64,000 bases of DNA, taken from Candidatus Micrarchaeia archaeon (GTDB lineage: Archaea > Micrarchaeota > Micrarchaeia > CAILAH01). Under the pieces are notes generated by a model. It saw only the letters and a list, made by a program, of their open reading frames with translations. It did no database searches and was not told the DNA's origin. Of the stretch, positions 55,484-64,000 are shown one piece after another. Position 1 is the first letter of the stretch; every line of letters starts with the position of its first letter. Both the position numbers and the translations under genes were made by a program. The stretch lies in assembly GCA_038874595.1 (NCBI GenBank), contig JAVZCB010000004.1, forward strand, positions 32,001 to 96,000, in the 5' to 3' direction.

Positions 55484-57808
55484 ATGGCATATGTTGTCTG
55501 GTTTGGTGATTTAAAGAAGGAAGATGTGGCAATTGCTGGCGGTAAAGGCGCAAACCTTGGCGAGATGACGAGAGCAGGATTACCGGTGCCGCCGGGGTTT
55601 GTGCTCACATCGGATGCATACTTCCAATTCATAAAAAACGAGGGGCTCGAGCAAAAAATCAAGAACATAATACGCAAAACAAATATCTATAATGCGGATG
55701 AGCTGCAAAAGGCAAGCAACGATATAAAAAAGCTCATAATGGATGGAAAAATGCCAAAGGATGTTGAGAAAGAGCTCAGGAAGGCATACCAGATGCTGAG
55801 AGGCAATGAGAAGCAGTTCTTTGTAGCGGTGCGCAGCTCTGCAACTGCTGAAGACCTGCCTGAGGCGAGCTTTGCGGGCCAACAGGAATCGTTTGTAAAC
55901 GTTGAAGATGAGGACGGCGTGGTTGAAGCGGTGCGCAAGTGCTGGGCATCGCTGTACGGTGCACGCGCAATATTTTATAGGGAAGAGCAGGGGTTCGGGG
56001 ATAAGAAGGTTGGGCTTGCCGCAGTTGTGCAGCAGATGGTACAATCAGAGAAATCGGGTGTGATGTTCACAATAGAGCCGCAAACGAATGATGAGAATGT
56101 AATTGTGATTGAGGCGGTTTACGGGTTGGGGGAGGCAATCGTATCGGGTGCTGTAACTCCAGATACATACAAGATTGATAAGAAAAATATGGAGATTATT
56201 GATAAGCACATCTCAGAGCAGAAGTTCATGATCACGCGCGTTGGCAGTGATACCATACACGTAAATGTTAAGGAAGATATGAGAGATAAGCAGAAAATCG
56301 ATGATGAGCAAATACTTGAGCTTGCTGAGTTTGGAAAGAAGATTGAAGAACATTACGGGAAGCCACAGGATATTGAATGGGCAATGAGCGGGAAGAGCCT
56401 CTACATCGTGCAGAGCAGGCCGGTAACAACCACCAAGAAAAAAGGCACGGGCACCGCTGCACAGCAGAAGCTTGCCAGTGTTGCCAATGCAAAGATTATA
56501 GTGAGAGGGCTTGGTGCAACAACGGGTGCAAGCGGCGGTAAGGTGCGCGTGCTCAGCAGCCCGAAAGATATTGGTAAGGTTGAGAGCGGTGACATACTGG
56601 TTGCCAAAATGACATCACCTGATTTTGTGCCTGCTATGCGAAAGGCAAGCGCGATAGTTACAGATGAAGGGGGGATTACATCACACGCGGCAATTGTAAG
56701 CAGGGAGTTGGGGATACCGTGCATTGTCGGGACCACAAACGCGACAAGCGTGCTCAAGGACGGAATGGTTGTTACTGTTGATGCGGACCACGGGCTCGTT
56801 TATGAAGGTATGGTGGATGTCGGCCAGAAGCATGCGGATGAGAAGCCATTATCACTCTCGGCTATAGAGGCAAAAATACCCACCGGCACAAAGGTATACG
56901 TAAACCTTGCAGAGCCCGCACTTGCAGAGAGTGTGGCGGCGCGCGATGTTGACGGGGTAGGCCTTCTCCGTGCAGAGTTCATGATTGCTGATATTGGAGT
57001 ACACCCGCGCAAGATGTATGAGGAGAATAGGCAGGAGGAGTTCATAGATAAGCTTACTGAAGGGATAAGGAGGATTGCAGCGGCGTTCTACCCGCGCCCA
57101 GTGGTTTACAGGACAACTGATTTCAAGACCAATGAGTATAGGGCGCTTGAAGGCGGTGAGAAGTATGAGCCGCAGGAAAACAATCCAATGATAGGGTACC
57201 GCGGGTGCTCCAGGTATATACATGACCCTGAAGTGTTCAAGATGGAGCTGATGGCAATCAGGAAAGTGCGCGATAAGTACGGGCTGAAGAATGTGTGGGT
57301 TATGGTACCGTTCGTGCGCCGTGTAGGCGAGCTTGTGCACGTTAATGAGCTTATGAAAGAGGCAGGGCTGCACAGGACTAAGGATTTCAAATTGTGGGCG
57401 ATGGTTGAAGTGCCTTCAGCGGTGTTTATGATTGATGAGATTGCAAAGCACGTTGACGGTGTCTCAATAGGTAGCAATGACCTTACCCAGCTCATTATGG
57501 GGATTGATAGGGATAATGTAATGCTGGCGCGCGAGTTTGATGAGAGAAATACTGCCGTGTTAAGGGCAATAAAACACGTAATAAAGGAGTGCAACAAACA
57601 AGGGGTTACCGTATCTTTATGCGGCCAGGCACCGAGTGTTTACCCAGAATTTGCAGAGAAGCTTGTTGAGTATGGGATAACGAGCATCTCCGTAAACCCG
57701 GATGTGATTGAGCGGGCAAGAAAGCTGGTTGCATCAGCCGAAAGAAAGCTCACACTAAAAATGTTAAGAAACATACAAGAGAAGCTCTTAAAAGATGGTG
57801 ATGAGTGA
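55484..57808 (+). CDS. ppsA: Phosphoenolpyruvate synthase
   Basis: GGKGANLGEM, VRSSATAEDLPEASFAGQQ, phospho-His motif TSHAAIVSRELG and SIGSNDLTQL. Confidence 0.96.
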   Translation: MAYVVWFGDLKKEDVAIAGGKGANLGEMTRAGLPVPPGFVLTSDAYFQFIKNEGLEQKIKNIIRKTNIYNADELQKASNDIKKLIMDGKMPKDVEKELRKAYQMLRGNEKQFFVAVRSSATAEDLPEASFAGQQESFVNVEDEDGVVEAVRKCWASLYGARAIFYREEQGFGDKKVGLAAVVQQMVQSEKSGVMFTIEPQTNDENVIVIEAVYGLGEAIVSGAVTPDTYKIDKKNMEIIDKHISEQKFMITRVGSDTIHVNVKEDMRDKQKIDDEQILELAEFGKKIEEHYGKPQDIEWAMSGKSLYIVQSRPVTTTKKKGTGTAAQQKLASVANAKIIVRGLGATTGASGGKVRVLSSPKDIGKVESGDILVAKMTSPDFVPAMRKASAIVTDEGGITSHAAIVSRELGIPCIVGTTNATSVLKDGMVVTVDADHGLVYEGMVDVGQKHADEKPLSLSAIEAKIPTGTKVYVNLAEPALAESVAARDVDGVGLLRAEFMIADIGVHPRKMYEENRQEEFIDKLTEGIRRIAAAFYPRPVVYRTTDFKTNEYRALEGGEKYEPQENNPMIGYRGCSRYIHDPEVFKMELMAIRKVRDKYGLKNVWVMVPFVRRVGELVHVNELMKEAGLHRTKDFKLWAMVEVPSAVFMIDEIAKHVDGVSIGSNDLTQLIMGIDRDNVMLAREFDERNTAVLRAIKHVIKECNKQGVTVSLCGQAPSVYPEFAEKLVEYGITSISVNPDVIERARKLVASAERKLTLKMLRNIQEKLLKDGDE

Positions 57809-57900
57809 AAAACAAATGTTGAACACACGTCATCTTCAAGCCGAGCAGCCACCCCATCAATCACAACCTTTAAAAAATATGGATATCAAACCTTTTTGCA

Positions 57901-58836
57901 ATGAGGATACTATTGCAATTCCCAGAAGGATTAAAGCAGGATGCTCTTAGATACATAGAAAAATATGAGAACGAGGGGCACGAGGTAATTCTTTCAGGTG
58001 AGCCCATATACGGTGCGTGCGATATACCGCCACTTGAAAAAGCCAAACTGCTCAGATGCGATAAAATTGTGCATTTTGGCCATACAAAATTCATGAATAT
58101 TGCTGATATTAATGTTGAGTATGCTGTTGTGCCTGCTGATATACCGATTGAAGGGGTTTTGAAAGCTGCTGTTGAGGAGATAAAAAAGCACAAAGAGCAT
58201 AAGAAAATTGGTTTGATAACAAACGCAAGCCATCTTCACCAGGTTGAACAAATAAAAACCGCACTTTCAAATGCAGGGTTTGAGTGCATAACTGCAAAAG
58301 GTAGCGCGAGATGTGATAATGAATGCCAGATCCTTGGGTGTGATGTAACAGCACTTAACAGCATCAGAAAAAATGTAGATTGCGTTGTTTATTTTGGTGC
58401 AGGGCAGTTCCACGCGTTTGCACCGGGTGCGATGGAAAAGAGCGAACTGCCACCAATCCTGTGGGTTGACCCTTACTCGCACGAGATAAAATGGATTAAT
58501 GATGAGCTGAAACGCATACAAAAGATAAGGCAGGCTGCAATTGCACGTGCTTCAAATGCCTGTGTGTTCGGCATACTGGTGAGCACAAAAGCAGGACAGT
58601 ATGCACTTGACAGTGCAGAGATAATAAAGGCTAAAATTGAAAATAGCACCAATAAGAATAATGCCAAAAAGAGAAAGGCAGTCATAATTGTTAGTGATAC
58701 GTTTGATTTTACAGCGCTCAATAATTTTACTGGAATTGAATGTTGGGTAAATACGGCGTGCCCGCGCATTGTAGATGACCAGAACAAGCTGCGCGCACCA
58801 ATAATAAATGCGAGTGATGTTGAAGTTATACTTTGA
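57901..58836 (+). CDS. dph2: Diphthamide biosynthesis enzyme Dph2
   Basis: LQFPEGLK, YGACD, HFGH, QILGC and TACPRI (three Fe-S Cys). Confidence 0.93.
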   Translation: MRILLQFPEGLKQDALRYIEKYENEGHEVILSGEPIYGACDIPPLEKAKLLRCDKIVHFGHTKFMNIADINVEYAVVPADIPIEGVLKAAVEEIKKHKEHKKIGLITNASHLHQVEQIKTALSNAGFECITAKGSARCDNECQILGCDVTALNSIRKNVDCVVYFGAGQFHAFAPGAMEKSELPPILWVDPYSHEIKWINDELKRIQKIRQAAIARASNACVFGILVSTKAGQYALDSAEIIKAKIENSTNKNNAKKRKAVIIVSDTFDFTALNNFTGIECWVNTACPRIVDDQNKLRAPIINASDVEVIL

Positions 58837-58856
58837 TTTTTCTCTTACCACTCAAA

Positions 58857-58900
58857 TCAAAAAAACCGGGGACACAAAAAAGAATAAGAAAAGAAAAAAA
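58857..58900 (-). terminator. Oligo-T terminator region downstream of the S-layer gene
   Basis: Long A-runs on + (T-runs on -) immediately after the S-layer stop codon. Confidence 0.5.
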
Positions 58901-58914
58901 GGGTTTTTAGGACT

Positions 58915-61653
58915 TCAGCCTTGCAGCTTTGCAATGAAGTTGGCTGCTGCAGTCAGTGTGTCCTCAGCAGTGTAGCCTGCAACAACAATTTTGCCGTTGC
59001 CGACCTCCTGGACAACAACGTCACCGGCCTTCTCGAGCTTCACACCTGTGCCGCTGAGAATTGCCTTTGTAACGGTGTTGACCTCGTCACCACCTACAGA
59101 CACAACTGTCTCCAGGCTGCCTGCATTGGTGTCGAGCACCACGAGGTCTGCCGGGACGTTCTGCCTCTCACCGAGCTTGGACTTGTCAGCCACATTGAGC
59201 TGGCATGACACTTTGTCCAAACCAGAGACGCTTGCACTGCCCGCTGTACAGGAGCCAGTCTTCACGTCAATGCTCTTGACTTTGACCTTCACACCATCGG
59301 AGAGTGTTATTTCATCGCCCTCTTTCAGGTTGCTGTATGTCTCAGTCATTGAGCCGGACGCTTCAGCACTGACAGACTGCCACATGAAGGCAAGCGTTGC
59401 AACATCCTTTGCAAGGGTCACACCATACGTGCCAGAACCGGTGTCTGCAGAGTCAACATAGGAGCCCCTGTCTGTGTAGTAATAATCCTTCTCAATCTTC
59501 GTTGCAGTTGCACCTATGATGTTCCAGTGACCGGCATCCTCTGAAGCTGCGGTTGTATTTGCACCCAGACCAAATGGTGCAGGTGTGTAAGACTTGTAAA
59601 TCACATAATTCTCTTCAGAGCCGTCGGTTGTGCCAGCAAAGTCGAACTCAAAGTCCATTGTTGAGTTCACTGGTACAGTACCAACCGGATTCTGTGTCTT
59701 CTGGATTGCCCTTATGCCGAGCCAGTCAGCGTTGCTGTTGCCTGCATCTTCACCAATGCTCACATAGAGTGTGTAGTAACCAGCACCACCAACTATTGCA
59801 CCGTTAGCTGCCGCAAAAGCATAGTCACCACTAGCATTGTACTTGCCTACCATGAAGTACATCGGGTACTCTGCACCACCAAAGTTGTACTTAACCTTCC
59901 AGCCCTGTGCATATGTCCTGGTCATCTGGTTAGATTTTGCTTCCTGTACAGGCACGTAGTCACCACCTACATCCACAAGAACAACTGGGCTTGTTGTGTA
60001 CATTGTATTTGTGGTTGTCAGGTTGCGTGAAACGGGCGCATAGATGAACTCATCTGTGGTTATCTCGTTGTTTATCTTATCCAAGAACTTGAAGATCTTG
60101 GAACCCGCAGATACACGTACAACCTTTGCGCTCGTTGAGCCGCGTGGACCTGTGTAGTAGGTTGGCCCTGCTGAGTTAGAGTGGTTGGATGCAGTTACCG
60201 TGTGGTCATATGAGAACCCGCCTGCACCTTCAAGCGAGAAGGTAACCGGCACGTAGTCCTTGTCCTGCAGCTTGTTGCCGCTGAACGTGAACCTCCACCT
60301 TGCAGGAACCTTCAGCACATCAAGTGAGTCGCCTGGGTTCATGTTGGTGTACTGCCCAGTCCTTGTCAGGTAGATCTGGATTTTGTGCAGTGCATCCATC
60401 TTTGGGCTCGCAGCATCCCTGTCCTTCCAAATGAGCCTTGCCTTGAAGTCCTTGTTGTTTGTGTCATCAATCTTCTGGCCGTTCTCAAGGGTAATCTCAT
60501 TTGAGAACACTGCTACCTCTGCCCACTTCTCTGCAAGTGTATAACCTGGAGCTGCCTGGTAGACACGCACCCTGTATGTGTTGCCGCCTGCAGCAATCTC
60601 AGTGGTTGCACCCTGCGCAACAACCTTGTTTGCAATCTCTTCACCAGCAGAGTTCTTTATGCTGAAGATTGCAAGGTCGGTTGGCTGGCCACCAGATGCG
60701 GGCTTAAGGTCACCGAGGACGAGCTTGTTGCCGTCGCCAAGGTCGAGGGACTCACCGATTTGCAGTTTTGGCGAGTATGCACTCTCCTTTGCGAGCTTTA
60801 TCTTACCCGCGGTCGTTGTTGGAGGTGTTGGATAATCACTCATCTCAGACACGACCCACTCCTCACCGAGGTACATAACCTTAACCCTGTGGTTTTCAGT
60901 TGCCTTGTCAAGGTTGTAGTTCGGGTGGGCAGAATTCTTACAGTATGCCCAGTCGCCACCAACAGAGTCGCCACATACTGGGAGGCCATCGTTGCCGAAC
61001 ACTATCTCGTATGCAACCTGTGTGTTCTCAGACCTGAAGTCACCATCTACATCGTTTGAGAAGTAGACTTTGTCTGACTTCACGTAGAGATACTGGTTCT
61101 CATCATATGTGTTGCCGGAGTGTGTGTCGTGAACAACATAGTCCTTCAGCGGTGGGTAGTTGCTACCGCTAATCTTCAATGCGGTCAGCTGGGTTGCAGA
61201 GTTGCCATCCCATGGGCTACCAGTAACCTTGTCCTCTGCCCTGTTCTTTGTTGCCAGGTCGATGTAGTCAGAGATATATGTCTCAAACCCATACGCACCT
61301 GCGGGGATAACACCTGCCGGTGTGGTAACCTCAAGGGTCACGGACTTGCTGAGCACCTCACAAGCACCTGCATTACTTGCAGCACAAGTCAAACCGTCAA
61401 GACCGGTTGGTGTTGCAGTGACTGCAGCCTGCTTAAATGCAAGGTTGCCCAAGACAGCCGCAATGTTCGCAGCAGCTACGCCGTCACTTGCCTTCGCAGC
61501 AGCACCAACAACGACCTTGGCCTGAGGTACGCCGTTGGCGTTAATCAGCTCAGTGTTCCCAAAGGACACTGCGCCTGCGCCCAGCAGTGCACTTCCCAAT
61601 AGGGTTGCGCCAGCCGCCAGAGCGACTATCTTCTTCGTATTCAGACTTTTCAT
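58915..61653 (-). CDS. S-layer protein (Methanococcales/Thermococcales-type N- and C-terminal domains)
   Basis: MKSLNTKKIVALAAG leader, VVVGAAAKASDGVAAANIAA N-domain, and VGG..VN.VT...IVVAGYTAEDT..AA C-domain. Confidence 0.88.
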   Translation of the reverse strand: MKSLNTKKIVALAAGATLLGSALLGAGAVSFGNTELINANGVPQAKVVVGAAAKASDGVAAANIAAVLGNLAFKQAAVTATPTGLDGLTCAASNAGACEVLSKSVTLEVTTPAGVIPAGAYGFETYISDYIDLATKNRAEDKVTGSPWDGNSATQLTALKISGSNYPPLKDYVVHDTHSGNTYDENQYLYVKSDKVYFSNDVDGDFRSENTQVAYEIVFGNDGLPVCGDSVGGDWAYCKNSAHPNYNLDKATENHRVKVMYLGEEWVVSEMSDYPTPPTTTAGKIKLAKESAYSPKLQIGESLDLGDGNKLVLGDLKPASGGQPTDLAIFSIKNSAGEEIANKVVAQGATTEIAAGGNTYRVRVYQAAPGYTLAEKWAEVAVFSNEITLENGQKIDDTNNKDFKARLIWKDRDAASPKMDALHKIQIYLTRTGQYTNMNPGDSLDVLKVPARWRFTFSGNKLQDKDYVPVTFSLEGAGGFSYDHTVTASNHSNSAGPTYYTGPRGSTSAKVVRVSAGSKIFKFLDKINNEITTDEFIYAPVSRNLTTTNTMYTTSPVVLVDVGGDYVPVQEAKSNQMTRTYAQGWKVKYNFGGAEYPMYFMVGKYNASGDYAFAAANGAIVGGAGYYTLYVSIGEDAGNSNADWLGIRAIQKTQNPVGTVPVNSTMDFEFDFAGTTDGSEENYVIYKSYTPAPFGLGANTTAASEDAGHWNIIGATATKIEKDYYYTDRGSYVDSADTGSGTYGVTLAKDVATLAFMWQSVSAEASGSMTETYSNLKEGDEITLSDGVKVKVKSIDVKTGSCTAGSASVSGLDKVSCQLNVADKSKLGERQNVPADLVVLDTNAGSLETVVSVGGDEVNTVTKAILSGTGVKLEKAGDVVVQEVGNGKIVVAGYTAEDTLTAAANFIAKLQG

Positions 61654-61845
61654 CCATTCACCTCAATTTTTTGGGTATGGAGAAGGCTATGGCTTAGCCT
61701 CACTCCGATGGTATTCTGATTAACGAGGAAGATTTATAAAACTAAACCCGTATTATTCACTTTTGTATATATATCCTGCTTAATATTACGGCGTTTGCAA
61801 TTGTTAATATCGCAAATGTCGAACTTAACGAGAGAGCTTATATTT

Positions 61846-63525
61846 TTAAAGGAGAGAGCGTACAATATAAAACACCCCAAACACCGACGGTATTATGAAT
61901 ACAAGATAAACTGCAAACCTCTTCCAGGAGCCACTATAATCAGCAATAAACAGGCTTGCAAGCACTGAAAATTCAAGCAGATATATGTTCACTGCAAACT
62001 CAACTGCCGGCAGCAGGCCGCGTGATGAATTGGTTGATAGCAATGTCTCTATATAACTCAGGTCAAGAGAAGAAACAAGCGAGAGCACTGCACCAAAGAT
62101 TGCCGGCACAAGTATGCACGCCAGCATCAGGTTATACTTCTGCATTGAGAGGATGCTCTCACGCTCACGCAGAAGCATAAACATATCGTGTATATCCTCA
62201 GCTGTGCTTTTAAGCGCCCTCTCCAAGGACGCGCCAACTTCTTGTATCTTTATTAGTAGCGATATGCCGCGCTCAATCACAGGTGAGCGGTTCCGGTCGA
62301 CGATAGACTGGAGCGCCACACGAACAGGGAACCCTGCATTAACCTGCCTGCTGGCACGCTTAAACTCCTTTGAAAGCTCACTATAGTTTGCCTGTGATAT
62401 CTCCTCTATAACCTTCTCCATGCCCAATGTGTGAAGTGACGCGGCATAAAACAGCGCATCCGGCATATAATCTTCCATTGACGAGATGCGCATATCATCG
62501 AGGTAAAGGAAAACCCCATAAACAAGAAGTGGCAAAAGCAGAATTATAAGAGAGAACGGGGACTGGGTAATGAAGAATAAAAGCAGTGAACCCAACAGCG
62601 AGCCTATTGTAAGGTAAGGGAGGAAACTTTGCGCAGGCATTTGTATGCCGTACCTGCCAAGGAATACTGTAAATTTGGTAAGCTCATCCTTGGAAAGGAA
62701 ATCGGCACCGCGCTTTGAGATAGGCGGTGAGAAAAATCGCATCGCGAGCAGGAGCGAAAGTGTAAGCAGCGGAAGGGCAATCACGTATATTATAAATACT
62801 GATTCTGCGGTAAGCGAAATATCCATAAATGAGGAACCTACTAGTATATATGTAGTGGCAAGCGCAGGCACAACGGATGTAAGCGCAATCAGGATTACCC
62901 CCATCACCGAGCTTCGCGATGCGAACTCCTTTAGCCGCGCACGATGCTCAGAGCTTATCTCATCAACAAGCTTGTTAAGGCCGCTGCCCTCGTACCCATA
63001 CGAATATAAGAATGCAAGGTGCGACAGTGCCTTATCAAGCATCCTGGAATCGGCCATTTCACGCGCCCGGTTTATTGCATCCTGGGGGCTGACACCGTTC
63101 TTCAAGTCGTTTAGTATGCTCTGGAATATAGGCTGTGTGGAATCGCCGAAAGACGCTGCGGACTCAAGCGCACTCTCAAACGGGACACCTATTGCAAGCT
63201 CTGTTGAAAGCGCACGAAGCTGTATCGGGAGGTCCGCCTCAATCCTGAGTGCGCGGTTCCTTGCAAGCAGTTTTGGAACGCGCAGGGAAAGCAGGAAAAA
63301 CAATATCACGAGCAGGATAACAACAACCGGCTGAAGCAATACATCAGTGATAACCCCTGCAAGAAAAATCCAGCCAATCAATACTGCTGCTATAAAAGAT
63401 GCAATAAGCGCATAAGATGCATACTGCCCAGGGTCATATGTAAGCCCTGCACACCTGATATCGCGTGCAAGCTCTGCCCTGCGCGCATCACTTAACAGCT
63501 TAAACGCCATAGCGGCTACCATCAC
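61846..63525 (-). CDS. Type II secretion F-family (fused TadB/TadC, ArlJ-like) pilus platform protein
   Basis: Two repeats of IE..LP..L...S...G..h..AL, each followed by TM bundles. Confidence 0.85.
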   Translation of the reverse strand: MMVAAMAFKLLSDARRAELARDIRCAGLTYDPGQYASYALIASFIAAVLIGWIFLAGVITDVLLQPVVVILLVILFFLLSLRVPKLLARNRALRIEADLPIQLRALSTELAIGVPFESALESAASFGDSTQPIFQSILNDLKNGVSPQDAINRAREMADSRMLDKALSHLAFLYSYGYEGSGLNKLVDEISSEHRARLKEFASRSSVMGVILIALTSVVPALATTYILVGSSFMDISLTAESVFIIYVIALPLLTLSLLLAMRFFSPPISKRGADFLSKDELTKFTVFLGRYGIQMPAQSFLPYLTIGSLLGSLLLFFITQSPFSLIILLLPLLVYGVFLYLDDMRISSMEDYMPDALFYAASLHTLGMEKVIEEISQANYSELSKEFKRASRQVNAGFPVRVALQSIVDRNRSPVIERGISLLIKIQEVGASLERALKSTAEDIHDMFMLLRERESILSMQKYNLMLACILVPAIFGAVLSLVSSLDLSYIETLLSTNSSRGLLPAVEFAVNIYLLEFSVLASLFIADYSGSWKRFAVYLVFIIPSVFGVFYIVRSLL

Positions 63526-63595
63526 TTAAATGTAGTGAAAAAGGAATAAAAGCGCTTACACTTACATAATAAAATAGTGTAAAAGGAAAAATCAA

Positions 63596-64000
63596 TCAAA
63601 ACGCGTTCCTGTCAAACTCGCCGAGCACTATTTTTTGTAGCTCAACAGGCTTGACTTCTTCAGCAACTTTAAGTGCATAATCCAGCTTTGCTTCTGAATC
63701 TGAATAAATCTCAACAATCACTTCCCCTTTTCGTATGCGATCCCCGTGCTCGCATTTAAGCACGCACCCGGCCCCCTTTACTTTTGGTGCACCAGCGGCA
63801 CGTGCAATCCTTGATATCTTAGAATTGCTAATATAATCAACGCGGCCATCCGCATCTGCATAAATCTCTGCCTTGTACTTCCCAATTGGCAAATCGTCCA
63901 CACGCAGGTTCGGCGAGCCACCCTGCGCCTCAACAATCTCGCGCAACTTATCAAACGCCTTGCCTGACTTGATTATGCTCATTGCCGTGTTATATCCTTC
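63596..64000 (-). CDS. AMP phosphorylase / thymidine phosphorylase family, C-terminal part (5'-truncated by window edge)
   Basis: SGKA..K.REIVEAQGG and IARAAGAPK.KGAG...GD...GE motifs. Confidence 0.85.
   Translation of the reverse strand, partial: EGYNTAMSIIKSGKAFDKLREIVEAQGGSPNLRVDDLPIGKYKAEIYADADGRVDYISNSKISRIARAAGAPKVKGAGCVLKCEHGDRIRKGEVIVEIYSDSEAKLDYALKVAEEVKPVELQKIVLGEFDRNAF

Noticed and set aside
1-64000. CRISPR array, rRNA, transposase/integrase, provirus
   Set aside because: No regularly spaced repeats, rRNA signatures or recombinase/capsid motifs were recognised by eye.

Overview
This is a gene-dense archaeal chromosome segment, most likely DPANN and probably Micrarchaeota-like. 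That placement is an inference from a stand-alone PriL, GatE, CarS, a class II HMG-CoA reductase, tRNAs with non-canonical introns, VirB2-like pilins and a Methanococcales-type S-layer protein. Housekeeping genes cover translation (aRF1, rps8e, argS, gatE, dtdA, nmd3, dph2, dph5), repair and replication (nre, ogg, priL), central and lipid metabolism (pyk, ppsA, HMG-CoA reductase, carS, beta-carbonic anhydrase, AMP phosphorylase) and osmoprotection (mscS, mscL). These are interleaved with many uncharacterised envelope proteins. The most notable items are: (1) a secreted 658-aa protein whose C-terminal ~250 aa reads like a bacterial outer-membrane beta-barrel, in an operon with two Ig-like surface proteins; (2) two tandem, apparently gene-converted VirB2/TrbC-like pilins beside two GT-C (PMT/ArnT-like) glycosyltransferases and a Dol-P-sugar synthase; (3) a Tad/VirB11-type ATPase locus with a wHTH/coiled-coil protein and a divergent six-wHTH-repeat protein; (4) a 2229-aa giant membrane protein paired with a lipoprotein; (5) tRNA-Ser(UGA) and tRNA-Glu(CUC) with BHB introns at T-loop position 59/60, an unexplained structured RNA abutting tRNA-Ser, and an exact duplicate of its 3' exon. 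No CRISPR array, rRNA, transposase or integrase was recognised. All family assignments come from motif recognition by eye; no searches were run.
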